From an uncultured virus (IMG/VR IMGVR_UViG_2846613599_000004) (Duplodnaviria > Heunggongvirae > Uroviricota > Caudoviricetes): 64,000 bases of DNA. Shown one piece after another: positions 47,616 through 55,948 of this stretch. A model generated the notes under the pieces. That model did no database searches, was not told the DNA's origin, and worked only from the letters and a program-made list of their open reading frames with translations. The position numbers were made by a program, and so were the translations under genes. How positions within the stretch are numbered: position 1 is the first letter of the stretch; each line of letters opens with the position of its first letter. Location of the stretch: the IMG/VR virus record IMGVR_UViG_2846613599_000004. One strand, given 5' to 3'.

Positions 47616-47887
47616 TTCTGTAGCTCCTTCAATTCCTGAATCTGCTCTTTGGTCAGGCTGTCCAGCGAATACCAATCAGTAAAATATGGGGTAATCGATT
47701 TCCAAGCGCTTGGAAAACCAACCATAAACGTTCCGATAAAAATAACCGGCAGGAACGACAGCACCAGAAACCATTTATCGTAATAGCACTCAAGATAGCC
47801 ATCGTCCGACATAACCGAGTGCTGATAAAACGCCAGGCGGCGGGTGGGGAATAGTCGGTTGTGAATCTTCCGTTTTATTTTCATCAC
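47612..47887 (-). CDS. Hypothetical membrane protein
   Basis: Coupled ORF with one hydrophobic segment. Confidence 0.6.
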   Translation of the reverse strand: MMKIKRKIHNRLFPTRRLAFYQHSVMSDDGYLECYYDKWFLVLSFLPVIFIGTFMVGFPSAWKSITPYFTDWYSLDSLTKEQIQELKELQK

Positions 47888-48126
47888 TCCTCCGGTGGTT
47901 GTGGCAGTGGCATCCAGTGGGTAATATTGGAGTAATCGTCATCCTCAATAAACTCATCACCGAGGCTAATCATGTTGTCGCATGAAATCGCCCACACCCA
48001 TCCATCGCCACAGGAATCTGACCGCATGAAAGCGTGGTATGCAAACTCGCCTTTACGGTCAAACCATCCAGCCAATACCGGTACTTTGATTTCTGGCAGT
48101 TGCTCACTTGTCTTAATCCATTCCAT
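47884..48126 (-). CDS. DUF551-like protein
   Basis: MEWIK.SE.LP...ITHWMPLPQPP. Confidence 0.8.
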   Translation of the reverse strand: MEWIKTSEQLPEIKVPVLAGWFDRKGEFAYHAFMRSDSCGDGWVWAISCDNMISLGDEFIEDDDYSNITHWMPLPQPPEE

Positions 48127-48322
48127 CTTCATCTCCTTTTGGCGGTGTCTGGTACGGCAGTCTGCTGCGAACTCCGGCCATGTAGGATCGATATCTACTT
48201 TCAATTCCAGAAAGTGCATAAGTCCAATGCCCATCCTGATGCTCTCTCCTGAAGCTTGTGACCATACTGACGGGGACGTGAAGCTCTTTCGCGCACCACT
48301 TTTCAAAATCCGTTGGTTCCAT
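48113..48322 (-). CDS. Hypothetical protein
   Basis: AGGAC RBS; FEKW motif common in nin regions. Confidence 0.6.
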   Translation of the reverse strand: MEPTDFEKWCAKELHVPVSMVTSFRREHQDGHWTYALSGIESRYRSYMAGVRSRLPYQTPPKGDEDGMD

Positions 48323-48342
48323 AATCAAAAGTCCTCCGTGCC

Positions 48343-48507
48343 CTATCCGCGAACCCGCGTTGCTGTTCTGATATTTTCGTATGCCTCAAATGCCTCCACG
48401 CGCTCAACGCCATCACACTCTTTTGCATAGGCATACATGGCCTTTTCAGCTTCACGGTGTTTTTCCAGTGCAATGCGTTTTAATTCTGCGAGTTGTTCTG
48501 TAGTCAT
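48343..48507 (-). CDS. Hypothetical 54-aa protein
   Basis: Manual translation MTTEQLAELKRIALEKHREAEKAMY...; same RBS leader as next gene. Confidence 0.6.
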   Translation of the reverse strand: MTTEQLAELKRIALEKHREAEKAMYAYAKECDGVERVEAFEAYENIRTATRVRG

Positions 48508-48531
48508 AATCAAAAGTCCTTCTGTCTTGGG

Positions 48532-49230
48532 TTATGCCGTCCGCGTCCGGAAACCGAACTTGGCCTTTAATTCTGCGATATGCGCCAGTGCTTTTTCCTT
48601 CGGTACTGGGATGTGTAGCTTAGGGATTTGCACACACGGTGCCGGAATTTCTTCACCGGATCGGATTCTGGATGCCATCACCGCCAGCTCCTGAGCACAG
48701 CGTTTTTTCAGTTCTGACTCGGTCAGGCCGGATGCGCGACTCAGTGCGTGCAACTTCGTGACCATCCAATAACAGGCGTTGTTCTGCCACGGATAATCCT
48801 CTGCTGTCCGGTACATGCTGCGGTTAGCACTGAACTTCATGATCATGTCGTAAAGCTCATCGGCATCAGGTAATCCAACACCAGTGGAATCATTCTGGCG
48901 GCACCCTTCGATAAACTGACCAGGTGACGGCCAGAACGGAGTTTTACTTGCCCGCGCCCAGCGCATCCCTGCGGATAGCTGCTCTTTGGTGCTAATCCCG
49001 TTTTCGGCAAATGCTGCGATCCACTGCTGCTTTGCGTAACGCTCATCATCGGGTGATTTCAGGTTGGTTTGTGCTGCGGCAGGGAAAACCTGTTTTAATT
49101 GCCTGAACAAAGCATCAACCAATTGTTCTGCCTCTGGATTTATAACTTTTCCTCTGGCAGGCATCTGAGACATTTTCGCCAGTGCTCCGGCATCACGATT
49201 GGCAATTGCAGTAACGATGTTTGGTTTCAC
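48532..49230 (-). CDS. Replication protein P (helicase loader)
   Basis: LF.QL..VFPA, WI.AFAENGI, PSPGQFI. Confidence 0.9.
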   Translation of the reverse strand: MKPNIVTAIANRDAGALAKMSQMPARGKVINPEAEQLVDALFRQLKQVFPAAAQTNLKSPDDERYAKQQWIAAFAENGISTKEQLSAGMRWARASKTPFWPSPGQFIEGCRQNDSTGVGLPDADELYDMIMKFSANRSMYRTAEDYPWQNNACYWMVTKLHALSRASGLTESELKKRCAQELAVMASRIRSGEEIPAPCVQIPKLHIPVPKEKALAHIAELKAKFGFRTRTA

Positions 49231-50204
49231 AGAAAGCCCTCCCATGATTCGGCAGTGTTCCAATCGACAGGCTGATCAGGTGTTGCGACACGTTGCGCTC
49301 TCCCCGGTTGCTGACTTTGGATCGCCAGCGTAGGCCACTTCTCGCGAAGCTTTGCAGGGCACAGGACATTCGAACACCAGAACGGATCTTTGTTCGCCCA
49401 CTGGAATAACCGGCAGATTTCTTCGTGCGTCCTGCCGTCAATCTGGCGCATCAGGCGGATATCGTTCGCCCAATTGTGCCAGGCAGGTTCGGCTGCTGTC
49501 GGGCAGACGATTTGGATTTTGCTGTAAATCCATTCGGCGGCTTTCAGGTCGTCAGCAGTTCCCCACTTGTCACCTTTCGGTGAACTGACCTCGGCTTCCG
49601 GTTTTGCTTTGCGAGGCGAAGATTTTGACTTTCTCGGACGATCATTAAATACGTTAGTATTTAATATATCTTGTTCATGATGTGCGGATGTATGTGCGCC
49701 TCCATGTGCGGCACCACCTCCTGAAGCCTTGCTATTACTGGCTTCATCATGTGCGGGTGTATGTGCGTTGTTATGTGCGGGTAAATTGTCCATATTTTGA
49801 GCATAATCACTGTAATTTGTGATGGTAATCACGGTGCCCTTATGCCTCTCCCCGGCAATTGAAATCATCCCATCGCGCACAAAAACATCGAGCATTCTGT
49901 TAACGGCATCACGGCTGGCTGGCTTGCCGTTACGGTCACACAGATTCTTTCCGAGATCCGCCGGTGTGGTGACCAGTTGCCCGGCTTTAAGTGACCATTT
50001 ATTACCCTTAAAATCAGCAATATAATCACCCTTCTGTGCTTCAAAAAGCAGGTTTTCCCATAAGGTACGGAGAAAAACATCCTTGCCCCACGGCTTGTTT
50101 CTGATGCTCCTGTACAACAGGATGAAACCGAGTTTCTGGTTCTCCATCCGGTTGCTCCTCTGCTGTCTCGCTACGTTGATGTCATACAATTCCGCTGTAT
50201 TCAT
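49227..50204 (-). CDS. Replication initiator O-like protein
   Basis: W...IRLM...D...D.FW..N.L.P.KLREKW C-terminus; internal iterons. Confidence 0.9.
   Translation of the reverse strand: MNTAELYDINVARQQRSNRMENQKLGFILLYRSIRNKPWGKDVFLRTLWENLLFEAQKGDYIADFKGNKWSLKAGQLVTTPADLGKNLCDRNGKPASRDAVNRMLDVFVRDGMISIAGERHKGTVITITNYSDYAQNMDNLPAHNNAHTPAHDEASNSKASGGGAAHGGAHTSAHHEQDILNTNVFNDRPRKSKSSPRKAKPEAEVSSPKGDKWGTADDLKAAEWIYSKIQIVCPTAAEPAWHNWANDIRLMRQIDGRTHEEICRLFQWANKDPFWCSNVLCPAKLREKWPTLAIQSQQPGRAQRVATPDQPVDWNTAESWEGFL
49640..49785. other. Replication origin: ATGTGCG iterons at 12-bp spacing plus AT-rich tract
   Basis: Two triplets of ATGTGCG within O gene next to AT-rich segment. Confidence 0.7.
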
Positions 50205-50307
50205 AGCGACCTCCATGTCTTTGTTTCGTAATTACTTTCATGTATAATTACTCCGTCGTTATCTGTATCAAAAAAGGGGAAACCGTATATTCCCCTTTCC
50301 TAAATCA

Positions 50308-50323
50308 CTGGTTATTGATACAG
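50308..50323 (+). promoter_or_regulatory. LexA box at oop-like promoter
   Basis: CTG-GTTATTGATA-CAG between cII and O, as in lambda pO. Confidence 0.65.
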
Positions 50324-50330
50324 TTTGAAT

Positions 50331-50393
50331 GTAGTTCAGATTGTTAACTCAATTTGATCCTGAGCCTCGGTTACAGCCGGGGCTTTTCTTTTT
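50331..50393 (+). ncRNA. OOP-like antisense RNA to cII 3' end
   Basis: TACAGT -10 upstream; AGCCTCGG-TTACAG-CCGGGGCT plus T-run terminator inside cII. Confidence 0.6.
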
Positions 50394-50671
50394 GGTGTTC
50401 TGATATGACCGAGCATCTGAATCAGTGCCCTGGCCTCATCACCCTGCAACACAACCATGTCTTCCCCGCCCTCATATTCAATTGCCGCCAGTAAACGAGC
50501 GCAGCGCTGTATGAAGCTGAGATTTTCTTTATGTTGTGGTGACTGCCACCGGGAGATTTGAGATTCGTGTATGCCCGTTCTGTGCGCAATTTCACGCGCG
50601 CCGGTTGAATGAATCCCTTTGAGGATTTTTGTCTCGATTTCACGAAACTTGCGTTCGTTTGATAATCCCAT
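50336..50671 (-). CDS. cII: CII-like activator
   Basis: GIHESQISRW HTH; pRE-like TTGC-N6-TTGA at 50649-50662. Confidence 0.85.
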   Translation of the reverse strand: MGLSNERKFREIETKILKGIHSTGAREIAHRTGIHESQISRWQSPQHKENLSFIQRCARLLAAIEYEGGEDMVVLQGDEARALIQMLGHIRTPKRKAPAVTEAQDQIELTI

Positions 50672-50764
50672 AATTCATAATGTCCTTATTGAGATACAGT
50701 TATTCACTCACTTCCTGTGAGGTGGCTGTGTTGAAAAAATGTAATTTGGTGGGTTCTGCCTCTT

Positions 50765-50825
50765 CGGTACATTGTCTCCTTGGAGATACGCCGCCCGCCC
50801 GACAATATGCTGTGCCGTTCAGCTA
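50765..50825 (-). ncRNA. putR-like RNA antiterminator
   Basis: GCTG-AACGGCA-CAGC...GTCGGG...GGCG...TCTCC/GGAGA-CAATG directly after cro; same layout as putL copy. Confidence 0.7.
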
Positions 50826-50841
50826 CTGATTTTTGGTTGTC

Positions 50842-51069
50842 TTATGCAGCAAGTTCAGGCCAGTTTTTTTCCCAGTCTTCTGGATATAAATGCTGGCGTT
50901 TAACTACTGAGTTGCTATTTTTTTCAATGAGCACACATAGCTCTGTGCCGAGTTTTGTGCCCTTTGAAATTGCCTTTCTCAGGTATCCGATAGTTGTTCC
51001 GCATTTTTTTGCGAAAGACTCTTGTTCTGATACTGAGAGCGCATTTAGGAAAATCCGTAATTGTTCCAT
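50842..51069 (-). CDS. cro: Cro-like repressor
   Basis: FA..CGTT.GYL, IE......V....L.P.DW. Confidence 0.85.
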   Translation of the reverse strand: MEQLRIFLNALSVSEQESFAKKCGTTIGYLRKAISKGTKLGTELCVLIEKNSNSVVKRQHLYPEDWEKNWPELAA

Positions 51070-51100
51070 GCGTTGTCCTTGTTTACCTATGCGTGAGATA

Positions 51101-51157
51101 AATATACCTGTAGGTATACATTTAATCAATACCCGTAGGCAATTTACCGAAAGGTAA
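51101..51157. promoter_or_regulatory. oR/pR: three 14-bp operators WTACCnnnnGGYAW and pR TTGATT-17-TATATT (minus strand)
   Basis: Sites 51104-51117, 51129-51142, 51144-51157. Confidence 0.8.
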
Positions 51158-51177
51158 TTTTGTCGGATGATTTAGGT

Positions 51178-51876
51178 ATGAATGCTGAAAACGATTTATT
51201 TGAGAAAAGAAGGCAAAAGCTATCCGAACTTGTTTCCCAATATGGGACGCAGGAAGAGTTTGCTCGCGCTATAGGGAAGGACAAATCTTACGTATCCAGA
51301 ATGCTTTATCCTCCAGAAAAGAAGGGGTATAAGCGTATAGGGGACAAAATGGTTCTTGCTATTCAAGCCGCTTTAGGTCTGCCTCATGGCTGGCTGGATG
51401 GAATTGTAGGCACGGATATTCCTGCACCGTCGCCAAGTACATCCTACAAAGTGGAAATCCTCGATGTTGAAGCCAGCGCTGGCCCTGGCGTTATGGTTTT
51501 AGATGATTTTATTGAAACCATCACGGCAATTGAGTATTCAGCGGAAGAAGCCAAGAGGTTGTTTGGCGGAAGGCCAGCTGATACCGTTAAGATGATCACT
51601 GTGAAAGGTGACTCTATGGCTGACACATTCGAGCCACGCGATCAGATATTCGTTGATATGAATGTTAACCATTTTGACGGTGATGGAATCTATGTTTTCA
51701 TACTGGACAATCAGCTCTATATCAAACGCCTGCAAATGCAGCACAAGCGCCTTGCTGTGATATCAGATAACCCAAAATATGAAACATGGCACCTGCATGA
51801 AGATTCTATTGATGGTGTCTTCATACAGGCTAAGGTACTCGTGAGCCAGTCTATTAAGTATAAATTCCACGGCTAA
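51178..51876 (+). CDS. cI: CI-like repressor (HTH + S24 autopeptidase)
   Basis: ASAG cleavage site, GDSM Ser, IKRL Lys, SDN. Confidence 0.95.
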   Translation: MNAENDLFEKRRQKLSELVSQYGTQEEFARAIGKDKSYVSRMLYPPEKKGYKRIGDKMVLAIQAALGLPHGWLDGIVGTDIPAPSPSTSYKVEILDVEASAGPGVMVLDDFIETITAIEYSAEEAKRLFGGRPADTVKMITVKGDSMADTFEPRDQIFVDMNVNHFDGDGIYVFILDNQLYIKRLQMQHKRLAVISDNPKYETWHLHEDSIDGVFIQAKVLVSQSIKYKFHG

Positions 51877-51983
51877 CAGTGGCCTGACGACACGTTTTAG
51901 GGTGTGGTTGACATTCTTTACTTCAATATTTCTTGGTTTGCCGCACAAAATTGATAATGACACTACAGGTGATGTCATATAAT

Positions 51984-52289
51984 ATGTCCAGAACACAAGA
52001 TGTAATCAACGAGCTAGTTAAGCGTAAAAAGTCCATATCTTGTAATGGCAGCAAAGGATTGTTGTTGTACTTAGAATCCTTGGGGTTTAAGCACAAGGAG
52101 GGGAAGACGGTAGGTCACAGAATTTTCACCCACCCTCAGCTTAGCTCTATATCTGACTACAAGACTCATTCGGTAGATTGTGGACACAAGCCGAACAGAG
52201 ACATGAAGCACGCGTACATAACAAACACATTGCGCGTACTTAATCAGTACAAGGATGAACTAGAGGAAATTGAAGCCAATGACAAATAA
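51984..52289 (+). CDS. HicA-like toxin (mRNase fold)
   Basis: L..LGF.....GHRIFTHP......H....K..Y pattern. Confidence 0.8.
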   Translation: MSRTQDVINELVKRKKSISCNGSKGLLLYLESLGFKHKEGKTVGHRIFTHPQLSSISDYKTHSVDCGHKPNRDMKHAYITNTLRVLNQYKDELEEIEANDK

Positions 52290-52857
52290 AGTCTTTGATC
52301 CTGAAAAATATACAATATCAGTAAAGAAAACCACCGAAGATGGTGAGGTGGTTTTTGTGGCTAGCATCGCCGAGCTTCCTGATATCAGAGAGTATGCAGA
52401 TACTGCTGACTTCGCCAGAGAGTTAGCAATTGATTCAATAGCCACCGCATATGAAGTTTTTGCTGAGCAAGGGATGATTTTCCCTAAACCAAGTGATGAC
52501 TCTCAAATTGAAAGTGTCAGCGGAAGAGTAACTTTGCGTCTGCCAAAATCAATCCACGCCAAATGCATAAAAGCAGCGGAAAATGATGGTGTCAGTTTGA
52601 ATTCATACTTAACAACCTGCATAACAAGCTACTCTGCACAGAATGAAATTAAAGGCGAGATTCGCAGCCAGTTCACCCAGGTGAAGGCGCTAATAAAGTC
52701 TCACGGCAGATCAGATACCTATAGCGGAAGAATGGTTGATAGAGGTGGGAACTCTTGGGTTTCATCACTGGATGCAAAATTTTCTAAAGAGAGTGACACC
52801 CTGGAAAGGGATAGTGAAATTCAATTATCTGGCTTTTATTCGGAGTTCTATCAATGA
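52279..52857 (+). CDS. HicB-like antitoxin with RHH domain and C-terminal extension
   Basis: Y...V.....FVA...ELP N-domain; SGRVTLRLPKSIH...A...GVSLN RHH; about 70 extra residues. Confidence 0.85.
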   Translation: MTNKVFDPEKYTISVKKTTEDGEVVFVASIAELPDIREYADTADFARELAIDSIATAYEVFAEQGMIFPKPSDDSQIESVSGRVTLRLPKSIHAKCIKAAENDGVSLNSYLTTCITSYSAQNEIKGEIRSQFTQVKALIKSHGRSDTYSGRMVDRGGNSWVSSLDAKFSKESDTLERDSEIQLSGFYSEFYQ

Positions 52858-53294
52858 GTATCATGTCGTCAGTCATATTAAAATCCGCAACGGTCACTTC
52901 TAACACCATGGATTTTGTAAGGCCAGATATTGATGTCGCCAAAGTGGCTGTAAAATTTAAACTGCACAACGCCTTAGAAGAAGATGAAGAGTGCAAATAT
53001 TGCAGGTTAGCATTCTCCGGTGATGTTATTGGGAAGTTAACCGATGAAGATGAACCTGATTTCGATTTAGTTGACCATGAGTTTAAGTTTAGCATCTCCG
53101 TTGATTATGAATTTGAAATCAACGATCTAGAGAAATATCTATCACTAACTAAAGATGAAAAAGCTGAATTGTGTGCAAATTTAGTTTATCTAGATTTTAG
53201 AAGGCGCATGACGCTAAATGCAAATAACATAGGGATAAGCAGCTTTAGAATGCCGCTATCGTTAATGACTCTAACAAAGAAATCAGAAAAATAA
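52854..53294 (+). CDS. Putative SecB-like chaperone
   Basis: 146 aa, acidic, predicted beta-strand run then helix ending NLVYLDFRRRM...IG..SFRMP, like SecB P+LFPY.R...G.....LP; ATGA overlap with hicB. Confidence 0.6.
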   Translation: MSIMSSVILKSATVTSNTMDFVRPDIDVAKVAVKFKLHNALEEDEECKYCRLAFSGDVIGKLTDEDEPDFDLVDHEFKFSISVDYEFEINDLEKYLSLTKDEKAELCANLVYLDFRRRMTLNANNIGISSFRMPLSLMTLTKKSEK

Positions 53295-53299
53295 CCCCC

Positions 53300-53323
53300 A
53301 GCCCTCCCGCGAGGGCTTTTTTG
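53300..53323 (+). terminator. Intrinsic terminator ending the triad
   Basis: AGCCCTC-CCGC-GAGGGCT TTTTT. Confidence 0.8.
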
Positions 53324-53326
53324 TGC

Positions 53327-53527
53327 CTATCTCTCAACCATCTTTATCGCATCATTCAGTAACGCCTTGATTTCCTTCGTCGGCGCTTCTTTCTTGTGCT
53401 GTCTGAGTTCGTCTATCAAATCATCCCGGCAAATGACATCACCGCGACTGTGCAGTGTGTACATCAGCACTTTGCCAATCCATCCCATTACCTTCTCGTA
53501 ATGCTCTCGCTGCTCTGCTTCGGTCAT
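53327..53527 (-). CDS. Small hypothetical protein
   Basis: GGGGG RBS; convergent with the triad. Confidence 0.55.
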   Translation of the reverse strand: MTEAEQREHYEKVMGWIGKVLMYTLHSRGDVICRDDLIDELRQHKKEAPTKEIKALLNDAIKMVER

Positions 53528-53659
53528 AAATCCCCCTGCTTTTTCGACATAATGGCGATTTATTAACCGCATCATTGTGATCTGCGTCCAATCGTGACGA
53601 TTTTTTGAAAATAAATTACCTGCAAAATCAATCAGGTAAACTTTTCTGCGCTACTTTGT

Positions 53660-53701
53660 TTACCCGTGGGTATTTACATTTAAATTACCCGCAGGTATAT
53701 T
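53660..53701 (+). promoter_or_regulatory. oL/pL: two operators and TTTACA-17-TATATT
   Basis: TTACCCGTGGGTAT 53660-53673 and TTACCCGCAGGTAT 53685-53698 match oR sites with the same 25-bp spacing. Confidence 0.8.
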
Positions 53702-53732
53702 TATATCCATCGAAGGGCAACCAGAGATAACC

Positions 53733-53808
53733 ATAGTCGAACGGCGCGACTTTAAACCATGCGTCGGGCACTCGGCGGAACCAGCTAGTTAAGTGGTCAA
53801 TGAGATGC
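53733..53808 (+). ncRNA. putL-like RNA antiterminator
   Basis: ATAGTCGAACGGCGCGACTTTAAACCATGCGTCGGG closely matches HK022 putL stem I as recalled; second stem with GGCGG/CAAT internal loop. Confidence 0.8.
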
Positions 53809-53866
53809 ACTACAGATCACTTATGAAATACCAATATTTGCATAAGTCATTTGATAGGAGCGGCGC

Positions 53867-54019
53867 ATGAAAACGAAAGTTACCTGTCCGTTGTGTCTGA
53901 GGACATTTGACCCACGAATACCGGTAATGCACATCAGCAAGTATCACAAAGGCGCTACCGATGCTCAGTTAGCAAAAATAAGGAATGTTCGCAGAAAGGC
54001 AACATACGCAAGCAGCTGA
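53867..54019 (+). CDS. 50-aa C2H2 zinc-finger-like protein
   Basis: AGGAG RBS; MKTKVTCPLCLRTFDPRIPVMHISKYHKG... Confidence 0.7.
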   Translation: MKTKVTCPLCLRTFDPRIPVMHISKYHKGATDAQLAKIRNVRRKATYASS

Positions 54020-54135
54020 GAATGAACCGCAAGCCGATTATGCCGAACGGTGGCATTACGGCCAGAGCATGACCTGATGGGTTGTGTGAGCGCAGATACT
54101 AATTATAGCCCATTCGGTGAGTGGGCTATGGTGAG

Positions 54136-54639
54136 TTAACCAGACTTCAACTTAGAAACCGGAGATAAATATACCGAACCACATGAATTGCATTTAAGGG
54201 TAGCAATATGAGCGCCAATACCAGGGATAGTTTTAACCGAATTAATGCTAAGTGCAGACGCCTTTCCAGACTCATAACAGTGAGCACAAAAGTAGGAATA
54301 TTTGCTAATGGAGTTTTCGGGAAGATTCTTACGATAGATCGTCGTACCAAGCATAGGGCTCCACGCTTCATAATCAACGGACTCTCTAAGCCATTTCTCT
54401 TTGTCAGCATTTTTTGCATTTGCTTCACTGAGAGACTCCTCAAGGAGCATTATCGACTTCTGCTTCTCATTTATGATCTCTAAAAGCTTAGTGTTTTCCA
54501 TTTGAATATCATGAAGTTTTCTATTTATTTCATAGACTGCATTATCAATAACAGCCTGATTTTTAGCGTCATTAACGGCGTTAAATAGATTAAGGCTTTC
54601 TCTGATAGCAGCAATAGCCGCTGGAATTTCACCGAACAT
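54136..54639 (-). CDS. Coiled-coil/Zn-ribbon protein, antisense moron in pL operon
   Basis: CAHC...CNSC; AT-rich; hairpin at about 54105-54129. Confidence 0.7.
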   Translation of the reverse strand: MFGEIPAAIAAIRESLNLFNAVNDAKNQAVIDNAVYEINRKLHDIQMENTKLLEIINEKQKSIMLLEESLSEANAKNADKEKWLRESVDYEAWSPMLGTTIYRKNLPENSISKYSYFCAHCYESGKASALSINSVKTIPGIGAHIATLKCNSCGSVYLSPVSKLKSG

Positions 54640-54932
54640 AATTAACTTCCATATTGTGGGGGTGAGTTAATTATAACTGTTTTCTGTTGTGGGGGCACGA
54701 CGGAACCACCTCGCCTGATGTGGTTAAAAGCAGGCATCCAGTCAGTATTGGGATTGGTGAGTGCGAGATGCTGACTCGCGGTCGATGTATAAACAGCGCT
54801 CATGATTGTCGTAACCACTCGACGTCTCAAGACAGTACCGCTGATAGTGAGGGCGCTCTAATCAGCAAGCAGGAAATCAGCACCTGCCACCAATCACCAA
54901 TACTGACTAACAACACAATCAGGAGAAGCCGA

Positions 54933-55319
54933 GTGGAAGATAAATTCTTTTATCGGTACTCAGCGATTGATTCAGAGGACGGAATTTATCTTTCGCTCAG
55001 TACATTCAAAATGGTTCGGGAAACGCCTTGCTACTACATGGTAAGGCAGTTTTTTGTAACCAACGGTGGATTTAATCTGTTTTCAGGCAAGGAGCGCCGC
55101 GTGCCGAAATCTGAACTGCAATGCAGAACAATTTGCCACACAAAGGAACGGGCACTACATCAATTCAGGATGCGGCAAGAATACAGAATTGAGCATGCAA
55201 AACGGAGTGAGTTTATAGCCGGAAGATGCCTTGATTTTCTCCAGGCCAATAATTTCATACCTACCGCCGAATACACATTAATACTCGGCAGGTCTGGTAT
55301 TAAAGCACTTGGATACTGA
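54933..55319 (+). CDS. Hypothetical protein
   Basis: AGGAG then GTG; RETPCYY. Confidence 0.6.
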   Translation: MEDKFFYRYSAIDSEDGIYLSLSTFKMVRETPCYYMVRQFFVTNGGFNLFSGKERRVPKSELQCRTICHTKERALHQFRMRQEYRIEHAKRSEFIAGRCLDFLQANNFIPTAEYTLILGRSGIKALGY

Positions 55320-55386
55320 CTAACACCCCGCGGCGGGGATAACTATTCGGACATCACGTAGCACAGGGAAGTGCATAGGAGGAAGT

Positions 55387-55590
55387 ATGACAGAGGAATA
55401 CGAACACGCATCAATCCGTGTAGAAATGGCGAGCGATGCGACTATCAGGGATTATTTTGCAGCCAGGGCTATGCAGGGAATCCTGTCCAATAACTCAATG
55501 ATTGACACCGCAACAGAATCAACATTTGAGTGGGTGACGAGAAATGCCTATCAGTTGGCAGATGCAATGCTCAGAGCAAGGGAGAAATAA
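55387..55590 (+). CDS. Conserved phage hypothetical protein
   Basis: RDYFAA.AMQG...AY..ADAML.AR. Confidence 0.75.
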   Translation: MTEEYEHASIRVEMASDATIRDYFAARAMQGILSNNSMIDTATESTFEWVTRNAYQLADAMLRAREK

Positions 55591-55591
55591 C

Positions 55592-55891
55592 ATGGAGTTT
55601 AAAGGTACACCGGGGCCATGGTGGCTTGCGGCGATGGGACCAAATGGTTGTCCAGTTGTTGGCGACAGAGCAACAATGGTTGCCATGCTAGCTCATACTG
55701 TAAATGAAGAAAGTCAGGCATTAGAAGCTATGTCAAATGCTTACTTAATATCTGCCGCTCCTGAGCTCCTGGAGTCGTTAATAACTCTTGTCGCTCAAGT
55801 GGAGTTATTTTATAGCAAAGAAAAGGACGACTATCTTCCGGAATACAAAGCCGCAAAATTAGCAATCAAAAAAGCACTTGGCCGCGAATAG
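55592..55891 (+). CDS. Conserved phage hypothetical protein
   Basis: TPGPW...NA.LISAAPELLE. Confidence 0.75.
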   Translation: MEFKGTPGPWWLAAMGPNGCPVVGDRATMVAMLAHTVNEESQALEAMSNAYLISAAPELLESLITLVAQVELFYSKEKDDYLPEYKAAKLAIKKALGRE

Positions 55892-55948
55892 CCGCCCTGC
55901 TCTCTTTCACACAGAAGTAACCCACCCTATAAATAAACGGAGTTAATT

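Noticed and set aside
53700..55900. Lambda N gene with nut sites
   Set aside because: No Arg-rich N-like ORF or clear boxA/boxB after pL or cro; put-like RNAs occupy those positions
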